Source of the DNA: Nitriliruptoraceae bacterium
Lineage (GTDB): Bacteria > Actinomycetota > Nitriliruptoria > Nitriliruptorales > Nitriliruptoraceae
Direction: 5' to 3'
Length of the DNA: 64,000 nucleotides
NCBI GenBank assembly: GCA_003565155.1
Contig: PXDB01000086.1
Coordinates: 536 to 64,535 of the forward strand
Shown: positions 46,427 through 56,618 of the stretch, piece by piece
How the letters are laid out: each line of letters starts with the position of its first letter
Position numbering within the stretch: position 1 is the stretch's first letter
The notes under the pieces: model-generated
What the model saw: only the letters and a program-made list of their open reading frames with translations
Told to the model about the DNA's origin: nothing
Database searches by the model: none
Position numbers and translations under genes: made by a program

Positions 46427-47440
46427 CTAGTAGAGGCCTGCGGGTCGGAAGCGCTCGTCGTGGGCGCGGATCGCGTAGCGGTCGGTCATGCCGGCAACGT
46501 AGTCCACCGCGGCGCGCAGGTCGGACGCACCCGCGACCCGGTAGGTGTCCGGGACCTCGTCCGGATGCGCCTCGTACCACGTCACGAGGTCCTGGATCAC
46601 CTTCACACCCCGCGCTCCCTGCGCACGTGCCGCGGGGCGGAGGTAGACGTTCTCGAACATCCAGGTGCGCAGCTCATGCATCGCCGCGAGGTCGTCCTCG
46701 CGCATCGCGACCTCCCCTGTCTCCACCGAAGCGTCGACGAGCAGGGTGATCATCGACTCGATCCAGCGGCGCCCCGGCGGCCCGAAGCGGGCGACGAGGT
46801 GGTCGGGCAGGTCGGTGGGGTCCAGGACCCCGGCCCGCTGCGCATCCTGCGCATCGTGGGCGAGGTAGGCGATGCGGTCGGCGAAGCGGCACACCATGCC
46901 CTCGGCGGTGAAGGGCGGCGGGTCGTTGCGCCAGGAGGACTGGCTGATGCCGTCGCGGACCTCCGGCGTGAGGTTGAGGGGCTCGAGGACCTCGACGATG
47001 CGCACCCCGTGGATGGCGTGCTGCCACCCCTCCTCCAGCAACGGTGACAGTGCGTCCTCGCCGGTGTGACCGAAGGGCGCGTGCCCGATGTCGTGGGCCA
47101 GGCAGATCGCCTCGGTGAGGGCCTCGTTCAGGGCGAGGGCGTTCGCGATCGCACGGCCGACCTGTGCGACCTGGAGGGTGTGGCTGAGCCGGGTGACGAA
47201 GTGGTCGCCGTCGGGGTTGAGGAACACCTGGGTCTTGTGCTTCAGCCGCCGGAACGCCTTGGCGTGCAGCACCCGGTCCCGGTCCCGCTCGAAGGCGGTG
47301 CGGTAGGGATCCTCGGGTTCCGTGACCTCGCGCGGCCGCGCCTGCGCGGACCGTGCGGCGATCGGTGAGAGGCGTTCGGCCTCCTCCTGCTCGCGGACCC
47401 CGCGGGTGCGACGGCGCAGCGGTGGGGTGGTGGTTGGCAT
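46427..47440 (-). CDS. dgt: dGTP triphosphohydrolase-like HD-domain protein
   Basis: RTAFERDRDRVLH, FRRLKHKTQVF, THTLQVAQ-type RLSHTLQVAQVGR, and LAHDIGHAPFGH. ATG 47440 has GGAGG 8 nt upstream. The TAG stop abuts the ABC ATG. Confidence 0.85.
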   Translation of the reverse strand: MPTTTPPLRRRTRGVREQEEAERLSPIAARSAQARPREVTEPEDPYRTAFERDRDRVLHAKAFRRLKHKTQVFLNPDGDHFVTRLSHTLQVAQVGRAIANALALNEALTEAICLAHDIGHAPFGHTGEDALSPLLEEGWQHAIHGVRIVEVLEPLNLTPEVRDGISQSSWRNDPPPFTAEGMVCRFADRIAYLAHDAQDAQRAGVLDPTDLPDHLVARFGPPGRRWIESMITLLVDASVETGEVAMREDDLAAMHELRTWMFENVYLRPAARAQGARGVKVIQDLVTWYEAHPDEVPDTYRVAGASDLRAAVDYVAGMTDRYAIRAHDERFRPAGLY

Positions 47441-47649
47441 GGCGCTGCCTCCAGGGGGTGGGGGCCGGGCAGGGACGTGGTGGCGTCCGAGACCGCCGTC
47501 GTTACGGGCCGGGCGGGGTTCGCAGGAGCGGACGGGTCGGCCGGCTGAGCCGCACCGGACGCCGCGGCCGGAGCCACAGCATGACCGATGGCAACGACAT
47601 CCCGCACCCGGACCGCACCGCGCTGCCGTTGCAGCAGACATCTGCGGGG

Positions 47650-48117
47650 TCAGCCCTGCTGGCGGTACCACCGGGGCCGCCGGGTGTCGGACTGGCCGCG
47701 GCTGAGCCGCTCGGCCAGCAGCCAGGCCACCACCCAGGGCAGATCCTCAGGGAGATCGCCGGCCCGCGGGATCAGGTCGTGGACGGGGCGGGTGAACAGC
47801 CGCTGGACCACCTCGAGCAGCGCACGGTCGTCGGCATCCCGCACCGTCCACCGTCGCCGCCACCAACGCCGAGCCTGCGGGAGGACGTGGTACGTGCTGC
47901 CGGCGACCTGGAGGACGTACCGCTCACCGACGAGCCCGGCACGCGACGCGATCGCGCGTTCCGCACCGCGCTCGTCGGCGATCCACCACTGCCCCGAGGC
48001 CGGCGGGTGCGTGACCTCGCGGCGCCACCCGTCCAGGTGGCGGATGGTGCCGCTGGACCCGGCGACCGACACCTCGAGGTCGCACACGCGTCGTCCAGCG
48101 TGCACGACCACGGTCAT
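47650..48117 (-). CDS. hypothetical protein (155 aa, Trp/Arg-rich)
   Basis: ATG 48117. High GC3 throughout. No motif recognised. Confidence 0.5.
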   Translation of the reverse strand: MTVVVHAGRRVCDLEVSVAGSSGTIRHLDGWRREVTHPPASGQWWIADERGAERAIASRAGLVGERYVLQVAGSTYHVLPQARRWWRRRWTVRDADDRALLEVVQRLFTRPVHDLIPRAGDLPEDLPWVVAWLLAERLSRGQSDTRRPRWYRQQG

Positions 48118-48182
48118 CCGCGGTGGACCCGACTCGCGGTGGACCTCCAGCAGCGTGGACGGCTTCGCGCCGCGACGTCGGC

Positions 48183-48695
48183 TCACCCCCCGGCGATCTG
48201 CGGTTCCGGCCGGCCGGGCTGGCCGTCGAAGTCGAAACCGCGCTTGGGAACCAGCACGCTGCGGGTGAACTCGCACACGATCACCCCGTCCTGGTTGTAA
48301 CCGATGGTGCGCACCTTGACCACGCCACGGTCCGGCTTGGAACGCGACTCCCGGGCCTCGAGCACCTCGGTCTCCGCGTAGATGGTGTCACCGTGGAAGG
48401 TCGGGTTGGCGTGCTTGAGCGACTCGATCTCCAGGTTGGCGATCGCCCGTCCGGAGATGTCGGGTACCGACTGGCCGAGCACGATCGAGTAGACGAGGTT
48501 GCCGACCACCATCGCCTTCCCGTGGGGCGTGGCCGCGGCGGCGTAGTTGTCGTCGGAGTGCAGCGGGTGCTGGTTCATGGTGATCGAGCAGAAGAGGATG
48601 TCCTCCGCCTGCGTGATGGTCTTGCCGGGCCAGTGCTTGTAGACGGCCCCCACCTCGAAGTCGTCGAAGAAGCGCCCGAAGTCGGCGGTCGGCAT
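48183..48695 (-). CDS. MaoC-like (R)-specific enoyl-CoA hydratase/dehydratase, single hot-dog
   Basis: ATG 48695 with GCAGGAGG upstream. ITMNQHPLHSDDNYA and GDTIYAETEVLEARESRSKPDRGVVKV are hot-dog hydratase blocks. Confidence 0.8.
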   Translation of the reverse strand: MPTADFGRFFDDFEVGAVYKHWPGKTITQAEDILFCSITMNQHPLHSDDNYAAAATPHGKAMVVGNLVYSIVLGQSVPDISGRAIANLEIESLKHANPTFHGDTIYAETEVLEARESRSKPDRGVVKVRTIGYNQDGVIVCEFTRSVLVPKRGFDFDGQPGRPEPQIAGG

Positions 48696-48822
48696 CGTGA
48701 TCCTCCTGCTGCGTGCTGCTGCCACGCGGTCGGCCGGGCGCGGGGTGCGCCGGGTCAGGCTCCCGAGGGCATCGTCGTCGGGCGACGGGTCTCAACGCAA
48801 GCTGCGGCGGTCGCCGTAGGGC

Positions 48823-49266
48823 TCAACCGGCGCCCTCGGCCCCCGGCGGGACGACCTCGACGATGACGCGCTCGTCCACATCACGCGGTTCGAGGTAGCG
48901 CAGCACCGCCTCCTGCTCTCCCTCCAGCACCTCCACAGGGGTGTTCGCCGCCAGCCGGGCACACCAGGAGAAACTGCCTGGCTCCACCGTCGCACCGCGT
49001 TCCCGCACACACACCCGGCCCACCGCACCAGCCTCCTCCGGCTCCTCGACCAGGGCGACGACGGCGACGACCTCCTCGGGGACGGGCCCGAGCACGTTGT
49101 TGACCGTGGTCGCGGACGCCGCACCGAAGACGATGCCGAGCAGCACAAGGCCGACGGCCAGCGTGGTGCGGCGCACGGTCTCCCGACCACTGTGCTTGAT
49201 CCAGCGTCGCATCGCCCACGCGACGGCCAGCGCCACGACGACGGCGATGATGACCCTGATCGGCAT
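48823..49266 (-). CDS. hypothetical membrane protein (2 TM)
   Basis: ATG 49266 with GGAGGA 9 nt upstream. MPIRVIIAVVVALAVAWA and LAVGLVLLGIVFGAA helices. High GC3. Confidence 0.55.
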   Translation of the reverse strand: MPIRVIIAVVVALAVAWAMRRWIKHSGRETVRRTTLAVGLVLLGIVFGAASATTVNNVLGPVPEEVVAVVALVEEPEEAGAVGRVCVRERGATVEPGSFSWCARLAANTPVEVLEGEQEAVLRYLEPRDVDERVIVEVVPPGAEGAG

Positions 49267-49521
49267 CGGTCACGTCCTCCGCTGCACGGATGGCGGCAGC
49301 GGTGCCGGCCACCGGTAGGGGCCCGCGACCTGGCCGCAGGTGGCGGCTGCGACAGCGGCCGCGGACGCGCACGGTAGGGGCCCAGGCGTCCCGTCGCCGT
49401 CACGTCGGGCGTGTCTGCCGGTTCGTTGCCGGGTGCGGTGGACGCCTACGGTTGTCCCTCGACCGGGCCGCCTCGGGGCCGAGCGGCGCCGGTCGCACGC
49501 TCACCCTGGGAGGCATGGTCG

Positions 49522-50577
49522 ATGCGGAGCCCGAAGGACGTCTTCAAACCCCTGGCGATCGGGGCACCGGACCCCGTGCGGGAGGTCCCGCTCAGACCGT
49601 CGAGGATGATCCACTTCTTCGACCCGTCCAACCCGAAGATGGTCGCCAAGGCACCGGACATCGCACCCAAGGTGGACGTGCTGCTCGGCAACCTCGAGGA
49701 CGCCATCCCGATCGACCGCAAGGAGGCGGCCCGGGCCGGACTGGTCGAGGTCGGACGCACCGTCGATATGGGTACCACCCAGCTGTGGGCGCGGGTCAAC
49801 GCCCTCGACTCCCCCTGGATCCTCGACGACCTCATCACCCTGGTCACCGAGATCGGTGACGCCCTCGACGTGATCATGCTGCCCAAGGTCGAGGGGGCGG
49901 AGGACATCCACTACGCCGACCGCCTGCTGGCCCAGCTCGAGGCCCGGGCGGGCCTCACCGAACCGCTGCTGCTGCACGCGATCCTGGAGACCGCCCGGGG
50001 CGTGGCCAACGTGGAGGAGATCTGCCTGGCGTCACCCCGGATGCAGGGGCTGTCGCTGGGCCCCGCGGACCTCGCCGCCGACCGGCGGATGAAGACCACC
50101 CGGGTCGGTGGCGGCCATCCCGGCTACCTGGTGCGCCAGGACCCACCGGAGGGCGGGGAGATCGACGCCGCTGGTCGCGCCACCGCCCAGCAGGACCTGT
50201 GGCACTACACCCTGGCCCGGATGGTGGACGCCTGCGGGCTGGCGGGGATCCTCCCCTACTACGGGCCCTTCGGCGACATCAAGGACGTGGTGGCGTGCGA
50301 GGACCAGTTCCGCAACGCCTACCTGCTCGGCTGCGTCGGCGCGTGGAGCCTGCACCCGGTGCAGATCGACATCGCCAAGCGGGTGTTCTCCCCCGAAGCC
50401 AGCGAGGTGGCGTGGGCCCAGCGGGTCGTCGAGGAGATGGGTGACGGCTCCGGCGCGGTCATGATCGACGGCAAGATGCAGGACGACGCCACCTACAAGC
50501 AGTGTCTGGTGGTGCTGGACCTCGCCCGCTCCCTGGCGGAACGTGACCCCGAGCTCGCGGAGGCCTACGACCTATGA
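49522..50577 (+). CDS. mcl: L-malyl-CoA/beta-methylmalyl-CoA lyase-type CitE/HpcH-family enzyme
   Basis: [92 protein letters not shown] and [13 protein letters not shown] match my memory of characterised Mcl enzymes. ATG 49522. Confidence 0.8.
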   Translation: MRSPKDVFKPLAIGAPDPVREVPLRPSRMIHFFDPSNPKMVAKAPDIAPKVDVLLGNLEDAIPIDRKEAARAGLVEVGRTVDMGTTQLWARVNALDSPWILDDLITLVTEIGDALDVIMLPKVEGAEDIHYADRLLAQLEARAGLTEPLLLHAILETARGVANVEEICLASPRMQGLSLGPADLAADRRMKTTRVGGGHPGYLVRQDPPEGGEIDAAGRATAQQDLWHYTLARMVDACGLAGILPYYGPFGDIKDVVACEDQFRNAYLLGCVGAWSLHPVQIDIAKRVFSPEASEVAWAQRVVEEMGDGSGAVMIDGKMQDDATYKQCLVVLDLARSLAERDPELAEAYDL

Positions 50578-51461
50578 GCACCGTCAGCGATGACCTGACC
50601 CGACCGCGACGCACCGTGCTCTACCTGCCCGGTGCCAACGCCCGGGCGCTGGAGAAGTCCCGGACCCTTGCGGCTGACAGCCTCATCCTGGACCTCGAGG
50701 ACGCCGTGGCTCCCGATGCGAAGGCCACGGCCCGCGAACAGGTCCGCTCCGCGGTCGCCGAGGGCGGCTTCGGCCACCGGGAGGTCCTGGTCCGGGTCAA
50801 CGGGCTGGAGACCGGCTGGTTCATCGACGACCTCGCGGCCTGCGCGAGCGCGCCACCGGACGGGGTGCTCATCCCCAAGGTGTCCAGCGTCACCGACGTG
50901 CACACCGTGGAGTCGGCGATGGACCGGGCCGGCATCCCAGCCGAGGTGCCGATGTGGGCGATGCTGGAGACCCCGCGCGCGGTGCTGGACGCCGGCGAGG
51001 TGGTCCACGCCTCCGACCGCCTGGTCGGGTTCGTGCTGGGCACCAACGACCTGGCGAAGGAGCTCCGGGCCGCCCACGTCCCGGGTCGCGCACCGTTGCT
51101 GCCGTCCGTGACCTGGTGCCTGCTGGCGGTGCGCGACGCGGGCAAGATCGCGATCGACGGGGTGTACAACGACCTCGACGACGCGGAGGGTTTCGCCGCG
51201 GAGTGCACCCAGGCCCGGGAGCTCGGCTTCGACGGCAAGACCGTGATCCACCCGAAGCAGCTCGACGCCTGTAACGCCGCCTTCACCCCCACCGACGCCG
51301 AGGTGGAAGCTGCCCGCGAGGTGATCGCCGCCTTCGAGGCCGCGGAGGCCGAGGGCCTCGGCGTGGTGACCGTCGGCGGCAAGCTGATCGAGGCCCTGCA
51401 CGTCGAGCAGGCGCAGCTGACCGTCACCCGTGCCGAGGCGATCGCCGCCCGGCAGGGCTGA
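50574..51461 (+). CDS. second CitE-like CoA-ester lyase/thioesterase (Mcl2-like)
   Basis: [42 protein letters not shown] and GKTVIHPKQ. The ATG overlaps the upstream stop (ATGA). Confidence 0.8.
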   Translation: MSTVSDDLTRPRRTVLYLPGANARALEKSRTLAADSLILDLEDAVAPDAKATAREQVRSAVAEGGFGHREVLVRVNGLETGWFIDDLAACASAPPDGVLIPKVSSVTDVHTVESAMDRAGIPAEVPMWAMLETPRAVLDAGEVVHASDRLVGFVLGTNDLAKELRAAHVPGRAPLLPSVTWCLLAVRDAGKIAIDGVYNDLDDAEGFAAECTQARELGFDGKTVIHPKQLDACNAAFTPTDAEVEAAREVIAAFEAAEAEGLGVVTVGGKLIEALHVEQAQLTVTRAEAIAARQG

Positions 51462-51501
51462 CACCCCCACCCGACCGGTGGCCAGCCCCGGCGGCCAGCG
51501 C

Positions 51502-51987
51502 TCAGGCCGGGTCGTCACCGTCGAGGACGGCGATGACCTCGCCGCCGCTGCCGATCGCCGCCACCTCGATGATGTCCACGTCCCCGTCGAAGGCCTCGGC
51601 GTGGACGCGGTGCCAGCCGAGCAGGCGGACCGTCGACTCCCGCACCCCCCGCTCCGTCGTGGTGATCCGCACCGAGTCGGCACCCAGCGGTGCGGAACCC
51701 ACCACCGCCGTGAACGCCGACGCGCCGGTCACGGGATCCTCGAACGCCAGCACCTCGGCCTGGAGCGAGCCGGGCCACCGGGTCCCCTCCGCCACCGCCT
51801 CCGCACCGTCATGTACCGCGGTGAACCGGGGTGCCACCACCCCGGGGGTGACCGTGACCTGCCAGGAGGCCGCCGTCCGGGTCGTGCCCTCATCGAGGGT
51901 GCGTGGGACCACCGCGCTGACCGCCGCTCCCACCAGCAGCGCGCCGACGACCCCGGCGGCGACCAGCAGCCACCGACGCGGCGGCAC
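51502..51987 (-). CDS. hypothetical signal-anchored protein
   Basis: GTG start. N-terminal helix WLLVAAGVVGALLVGAAVSAVV. High GC3. No motif recognised. Confidence 0.55.
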   Translation of the reverse strand: MPPRRWLLVAAGVVGALLVGAAVSAVVPRTLDEGTTRTAASWQVTVTPGVVAPRFTAVHDGAEAVAEGTRWPGSLQAEVLAFEDPVTGASAFTAVVGSAPLGADSVRITTTERGVRESTVRLLGWHRVHAEAFDGDVDIIEVAAIGSGGEVIAVLDGDDPA

Positions 51988-52040
51988 CGGCTCCAGTCCG
52001 GGGATCCGGTCCGCCTGAGCCCCGTCGGCATCGTCCGCTG

Positions 52041-53030
52041 TCAGGACGCCTCCTCGCGCTGTTCCCGGTCCTCATCGTCGCCGTTGCCGGTGTCCTCGGC
52101 AACCTCGGCGACGACCTCCTCGATGGAGTCGCTGAACGCGGTGTCACGCACGGCTTTGGCCTGCCCCGCTGGCCCGGGGCGCTGCCAGCGCTCCGCGAGG
52201 GCTCGCAGGAAGGCGTCAGCCTCCTCCGGCTCGGGGGCGCCGCCGCCGAGCCGGGCGGGCACCCACCACGCGCCCTCCGGTGTCCCGTCGGGGTAGGTGC
52301 GCTGGACCTCGTCGAGCAGCGTCGCGACGCGCTGGCGCAGCACCGCGGTCAACTCCTCCGGATCGTCGCCCGGGGTGGGGTGCAGCGGCTCCCCGTAGCG
52401 CACCGTCACGGGTAACCGCCAGGACCACCGCGGTCGACGGCCGACGGTGTGGAAACGGTGGGAGCCCCAGGAGACGGCCGGCACGACGGGCACACCGGCC
52501 GCAGCCGCCATCCGGATAGCACCCGGCTTGAAGGGCAACAGCTCCAGGGACGGTGAGATCGTCTGCTCGGGCAGGACGAGCACCAACTCGCCGCGCTCCA
52601 GGGCTTCGATCGCGCTGCGCAGCGCGGCACCCCCCGAGCCACGATGCACCGGGATGTGCTCCGCGCGGCGCATGAACCAGCCGAACCCGCGGGCACGGAA
52701 CAACGACGCCTTCGCGAGGATGCGGATCGGACGGTTCCAGGCGTGGTAGGGCAGCCAGCCGGTGGTGAAGAAGTCCCAGAAGGAGGTGTGGTTGGCGGCG
52801 ATGACCACGCCACCGTGTCGCGGCAGGTGTTCGAGGCCCTGGACCCGGATCCGCCACCGTTGGAGGCGCATCACCGTGAAGGCGAGCCAGGCAGCGAACC
52901 GATACGCGAGGCTCGGGCGCGGGTCGGACGGGCGTGGCGCGCCGCGCCCCCGACGTGCACCGCGTGCTGACGCACCACCTCGCCGCGGGTCCTCCTGGGC
53001 TGTCGGCCCGCCCGCGCCTGCTCGTGCCAT
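52041..53030 (-). CDS. PlsC-family lysophospholipid acyltransferase, paralogue 3 (acidic tail)
   Basis: ATG 53030. HX4D (ANHTSFWD), LPEQTIS, and the shared C-terminal block YPDGTPEGAWWVPARLGGGAP. Confidence 0.75.
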   Translation of the reverse strand: MARAGAGGPTAQEDPRRGGASARGARRGRGAPRPSDPRPSLAYRFAAWLAFTVMRLQRWRIRVQGLEHLPRHGGVVIAANHTSFWDFFTTGWLPYHAWNRPIRILAKASLFRARGFGWFMRRAEHIPVHRGSGGAALRSAIEALERGELVLVLPEQTISPSLELLPFKPGAIRMAAAAGVPVVPAVSWGSHRFHTVGRRPRWSWRLPVTVRYGEPLHPTPGDDPEELTAVLRQRVATLLDEVQRTYPDGTPEGAWWVPARLGGGAPEPEEADAFLRALAERWQRPGPAGQAKAVRDTAFSDSIEEVVAEVAEDTGNGDDEDREQREEAS

Positions 53031-53137
53031 GTCCTGCTGCCCTCCAGGGTGCGGTCGCGGAACCGTCCCCGGACCGTGTGCATCATCGCCTCCCGAGGGG
53101 CGTTCGTCCAACGCGCGCCCCGCGGACGGCTGCGAGC

Positions 53138-53878
53138 TCACGGAGGGGGTGCACCGCCGCCGAGGCGCGCCGGTACCCACCAGGCACCCGCAGGGGTCCC
53201 GTCGGGGTAGTGGCGTTGCAGCCGGTCCAGCAGGTGCTCGGTGGTCTGCTGGAGCTCGGCGGTGACCGCGATGACATCGTCGTCCTCCCCCACCTCGATG
53301 GGTGGTGCGAAGGCGACCTCCACGGGGATGGCCCATGCGCGACGCACGTTGAAGGGGTAGCCCGTGGTGACCAACCGGTGGCTGCCCCAGCTGGCACTGG
53401 GTAGCAGTGGAACGCGGGCCTGCTGGGCCATCCGCGCCGCGCCCGTGCGCATCGGCTGCACCTCGAAGGTGGTGGAGATCCTCGTCTCGGGCGCGACCAT
53501 CACCAGTCCGCCGCGCTGGAGCACCTCGACGGCCGCCTCCAGGGATGCCGCACGACCCTCGCGGGTCTCACGTTCCACGGGCACCGCACCCGCGAAGCGG
53601 ACGATCCAGCGGAACCGCCGCTGCTGCCACAGGTCTGCGCGGGCCAGGATGTGCACCGGACGGCCGAGCCGGCGGTAGATGTCCAACCCGGTCACCATGA
53701 AGTCGACGTGGCTGGTGTGCGCGAAGGAGATCACCGCCCCGTCCCGCTCCGGCACGTACGCGAGGCCGTGGGTGCGCAGCCGCCAGCGCGCCAGACGGAC
53801 GCAGGCGATGGCCAGCCACGCGATCAGGCGGAAACCGAGGCTTGGACGGTCGGCCCGGGGTGGGGTTGGACGTCTCAC
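53138..53878 (-). CDS. PlsC-family lysophospholipid acyltransferase, paralogue 2
   Basis: GTG 53878 overlaps the upstream stop (GTGA). HX4D (FAHTSHVD), APETRIS, YPDGTPAGAWWVPARLGGGAP. Confidence 0.75.
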   Translation of the reverse strand: MRRPTPPRADRPSLGFRLIAWLAIACVRLARWRLRTHGLAYVPERDGAVISFAHTSHVDFMVTGLDIYRRLGRPVHILARADLWQQRRFRWIVRFAGAVPVERETREGRAASLEAAVEVLQRGGLVMVAPETRISTTFEVQPMRTGAARMAQQARVPLLPSASWGSHRLVTTGYPFNVRRAWAIPVEVAFAPPIEVGEDDDVIAVTAELQQTTEHLLDRLQRHYPDGTPAGAWWVPARLGGGAPPP

Positions 53879-54681
53879 CTCGACGGCGGCCCTGCGCCGC
53901 CGTCGCTTCCTGGCGGGGCTGACCAGCCCTGCTCCCGGCGCAGATGGTCGCGCAGCACCTCGGCGTGGGGCGGCGCTGCACCACCGAGCCGGGCGGGCAC
54001 CCACCGCGCGCCGGGAGGCGCGCCGTCGGGGTAGGTGTCCTGGACGTGATGGAGCAGGCCCTCGAGCCGGTCGGTCAGCTCGGCGGTCGCGGCAACCGGG
54101 TCGGCGTCCGGGGTGACCTCCAGCGGCGGCCCGAACCGCACCGTGACCGGCAGCTTGCGCGGGAGGTGTTTCGGCGCCCCCTTCGTCAGCGCACGGTGGG
54201 TTCCCCACCCCGCCACTGGGACCACCGGCACACCCGCCTGCTGCGCCATCCGCACGGCACCCGTGCGCAGCGGCAGGAGCTCCAGTGAGGGCGAGATCGT
54301 CTGCTCCGGCGCCACGGCGACCAGATCACCGCGTTCGAGGGCGGCAACAGCGGCCGCATAGGCGTCGTTGCGCGCCGACGCGGAGCCGCGGTCCACAGGG
54401 ATCGCACCTGCCCAACGCACGATCCACCCCACCTTCCTGCTGGACCAGATCTCCCGCTTCGCCAGGAAGCGCAGGGGCCGGCGCAGCGTGCGGACCACCG
54501 GCCAGCCCACCATCACGAAGTCGAGGTAGCTGTGGTGGTTGAAGGCCAGCACCGCACCACCTCGACGCGGGACGTGCGCGAGACCCTGGACGTCGATGCG
54601 CCACCGCAGCACGCGGACGAAGGCGATCACCAGGACCGCGATCACCCGCCATCGCCAGCTCAGCCGTTGTTCGCCGCGCAT
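53875..54681 (-). CDS. PlsC-family lysophospholipid acyltransferase, paralogue 1
   Basis: HX4D (FNHHSYLD), APEQTIS, YPDGAPPGARWVPARLGGAAP. Confidence 0.8.
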   Translation of the reverse strand: MRGEQRLSWRWRVIAVLVIAFVRVLRWRIDVQGLAHVPRRGGAVLAFNHHSYLDFVMVGWPVVRTLRRPLRFLAKREIWSSRKVGWIVRWAGAIPVDRGSASARNDAYAAAVAALERGDLVAVAPEQTISPSLELLPLRTGAVRMAQQAGVPVVPVAGWGTHRALTKGAPKHLPRKLPVTVRFGPPLEVTPDADPVAATAELTDRLEGLLHHVQDTYPDGAPPGARWVPARLGGAAPPHAEVLRDHLRREQGWSAPPGSDGGAGPPSR

Positions 54682-54764
54682 AGGTTCGAGGGTAGACCGC
54701 GGCAGCGCTCCCCCGCCCCGGGCGGCATCGGCGCTCCTGCGCCGCGGGCCGGCACGACGCTCGA

Positions 54765-55916
54765 TCAGCCCTCCAGGAGCGCGTCCACCGCGTCGAGGAG
54801 GCGGTCGACGTTGCCGTGGCTGGCGCCCTCACCCATCAGGCCGACCCGCCAGGCGCGTCCCGCGAAGGGGCCCAGCCCGCCGCCCACCTCGATGCCGTGC
54901 TCGGTGAGCAGACGGCGGCGTAGCGCCGCCTCGTCGACCCCCTCCGGCCACGCAAGGGTGGTCAGCTGCGGGAGCCGGTGGCCCTCCTCGGCGAGCAGCA
55001 CCGCGTCACGGTCCTCGATGTGCTCCTGGAAGAGGTGGCCCACCTCGGCGTGGCGGGCCCACCGGGTCTCCAGTCCCTCGGCCAGCACCCGCCTGAGGCC
55101 CTCGTGCAGGCCCAGGAGGCTCGAGATGGGCGGGGTGTGGTGGTAGGCGCGCTCCGCGCCCCAGTACCGCTGGATAGCGGTCACGTCGAGGTACCAGGAC
55201 CGCACGGCACCAGCGCGGCTGTCGATGACCGCCTCCGCCTTGCGACTGAAGGTGATCGGCGCGAGACCGGGCGGCACCGACAGGCACTTCTGCGTGCCGG
55301 AGTAGACGACGTCGAGGTGCCACGCATCGACCTCCACGGGGACCCCGGCCAGGCTGGTCACGGTGTCGACCAGCAGCAGGGTGGGCGTGTCGACGAGCAT
55401 CGTCCCGATCTCCTCCAGGGGCTGGTGGGCCCCGGTGGAGGTCTCGGCGTGGACCAGGGCCACCGCGCGGGCCTCCGGGTGCGCGGCCACGGCCTCGGCG
55501 ACCTGGTCGGGCGGGATGGTGCGACCCCAGGGCTGCTCCAGGGTCACCACCTCGGCGCCCGCCCTACGGGCGGTATCAGCGATGCGGCCGCCGAAGACCC
55601 CGTTGACCCCGACGATCATGGTGTCGCCGGGTTGCACGATGTTGACCACCGCGGTCTCCATCCCGGCGCTGCCGGTGCCGGACACCGCGTAGGTCAGACG
55701 GTTGTCCGTGCGCAGCACCTGGCGGAGCATCGCCGCCAGCTGGTCGGTGACCTCGAGGAACCACGGGTCGAGGTGGCCGACCATCCCGCGGGCCTGGGCC
55801 GCGAGCACATCGGCGTGCACGGGTGAGGGCCCGGGTCCGAGCAGGAGGCGCTCCGGTGGCACCGCGGGCGAGGTCAGGGGCACTGGCGGGGTCTCGGTGA
55901 CGGGGGGTGCATCCAC
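54765..55916 (-). CDS. class-V aminotransferase (alanine/serine-glyoxylate aminotransferase type)
   Basis: LLGPGPSP and the SGTQKCLSVPPG PLP-lysine block. GTG 55916 chosen. Confidence 0.8.
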   Translation of the reverse strand: MDAPPVTETPPVPLTSPAVPPERLLLGPGPSPVHADVLAAQARGMVGHLDPWFLEVTDQLAAMLRQVLRTDNRLTYAVSGTGSAGMETAVVNIVQPGDTMIVGVNGVFGGRIADTARRAGAEVVTLEQPWGRTIPPDQVAEAVAAHPEARAVALVHAETSTGAHQPLEEIGTMLVDTPTLLLVDTVTSLAGVPVEVDAWHLDVVYSGTQKCLSVPPGLAPITFSRKAEAVIDSRAGAVRSWYLDVTAIQRYWGAERAYHHTPPISSLLGLHEGLRRVLAEGLETRWARHAEVGHLFQEHIEDRDAVLLAEEGHRLPQLTTLAWPEGVDEAALRRRLLTEHGIEVGGGLGPFAGRAWRVGLMGEGASHGNVDRLLDAVDALLEG

Positions 55917-56091
55917 GGTCGTGTGCCTCGTCGCAGGAACAGGGGCTGGCCGGGCCGGAAGGGGCGGCAGGGCCACGCGACGCTAACGGGTCTACAGCCC
56001 GGGTGGCCACCACCGCACCGGCGAAGGAGCCGACCGCGCCCACGGCCGGCCGCAACGAGGTTCCGACGGACGCGTCACGCCGCTGCGCGGG

Positions 56092-56538
56092 TCAGCTCGC
56101 GGCGGCCCCGCGGCTGACCACGAGGTACGCGCCGGCGACCAGCAGCAGCGCACCGACGATCCGGACGGGATCGAGCGGGATCGTCCGGCCGAGCACACCC
56201 GTCGACTCCAGGGCGAAACCCACGGCCAGCTGCACCCCGGTGACCACCGCCAGGGTGGAGGCCAGCCCGAGGCCTGACACCGCCACGGCGATACCGGTGA
56301 CCAACAGCAGCCCCGCCACCCCACCGAGGAGCACCCACGGCACCTCGCGCACCACCTCGAACTGGAACCCGAGCCGGGGGCTGACCACCAGGATCAGCAC
56401 GCCGAGCGCGAGCCCGCCGACGTGGACCCATGTCGAGGCGACCAGCGGGTTGAGCCGTTCCCCGGCAGCACCGATGATCGCCGACTGGATCGCGATGAGG
56501 CAGCCGGCGAGGACGGCGGCGGGCAGCGCAAGGTTCAC
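56092..56538 (-). CDS. DMT-superfamily small membrane protein (DUF606-like)
   Basis: 148 aa, five hydrophobic helices. No other motif. Confidence 0.6.
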   Translation of the reverse strand: MNLALPAAVLAGCLIAIQSAIIGAAGERLNPLVASTWVHVGGLALGVLILVVSPRLGFQFEVVREVPWVLLGGVAGLLLVTGIAVAVSGLGLASTLAVVTGVQLAVGFALESTGVLGRTIPLDPVRIVGALLLVAGAYLVVSRGAAAS

Positions 56539-56618
56539 AGCGGCTCCTGGACGGTGGTGGAGGGTCGGACGCGCTCATGGTCCTGCAGCGGGCCAGCGAT
56601 GCCTGTGGCGGGGCCGGG

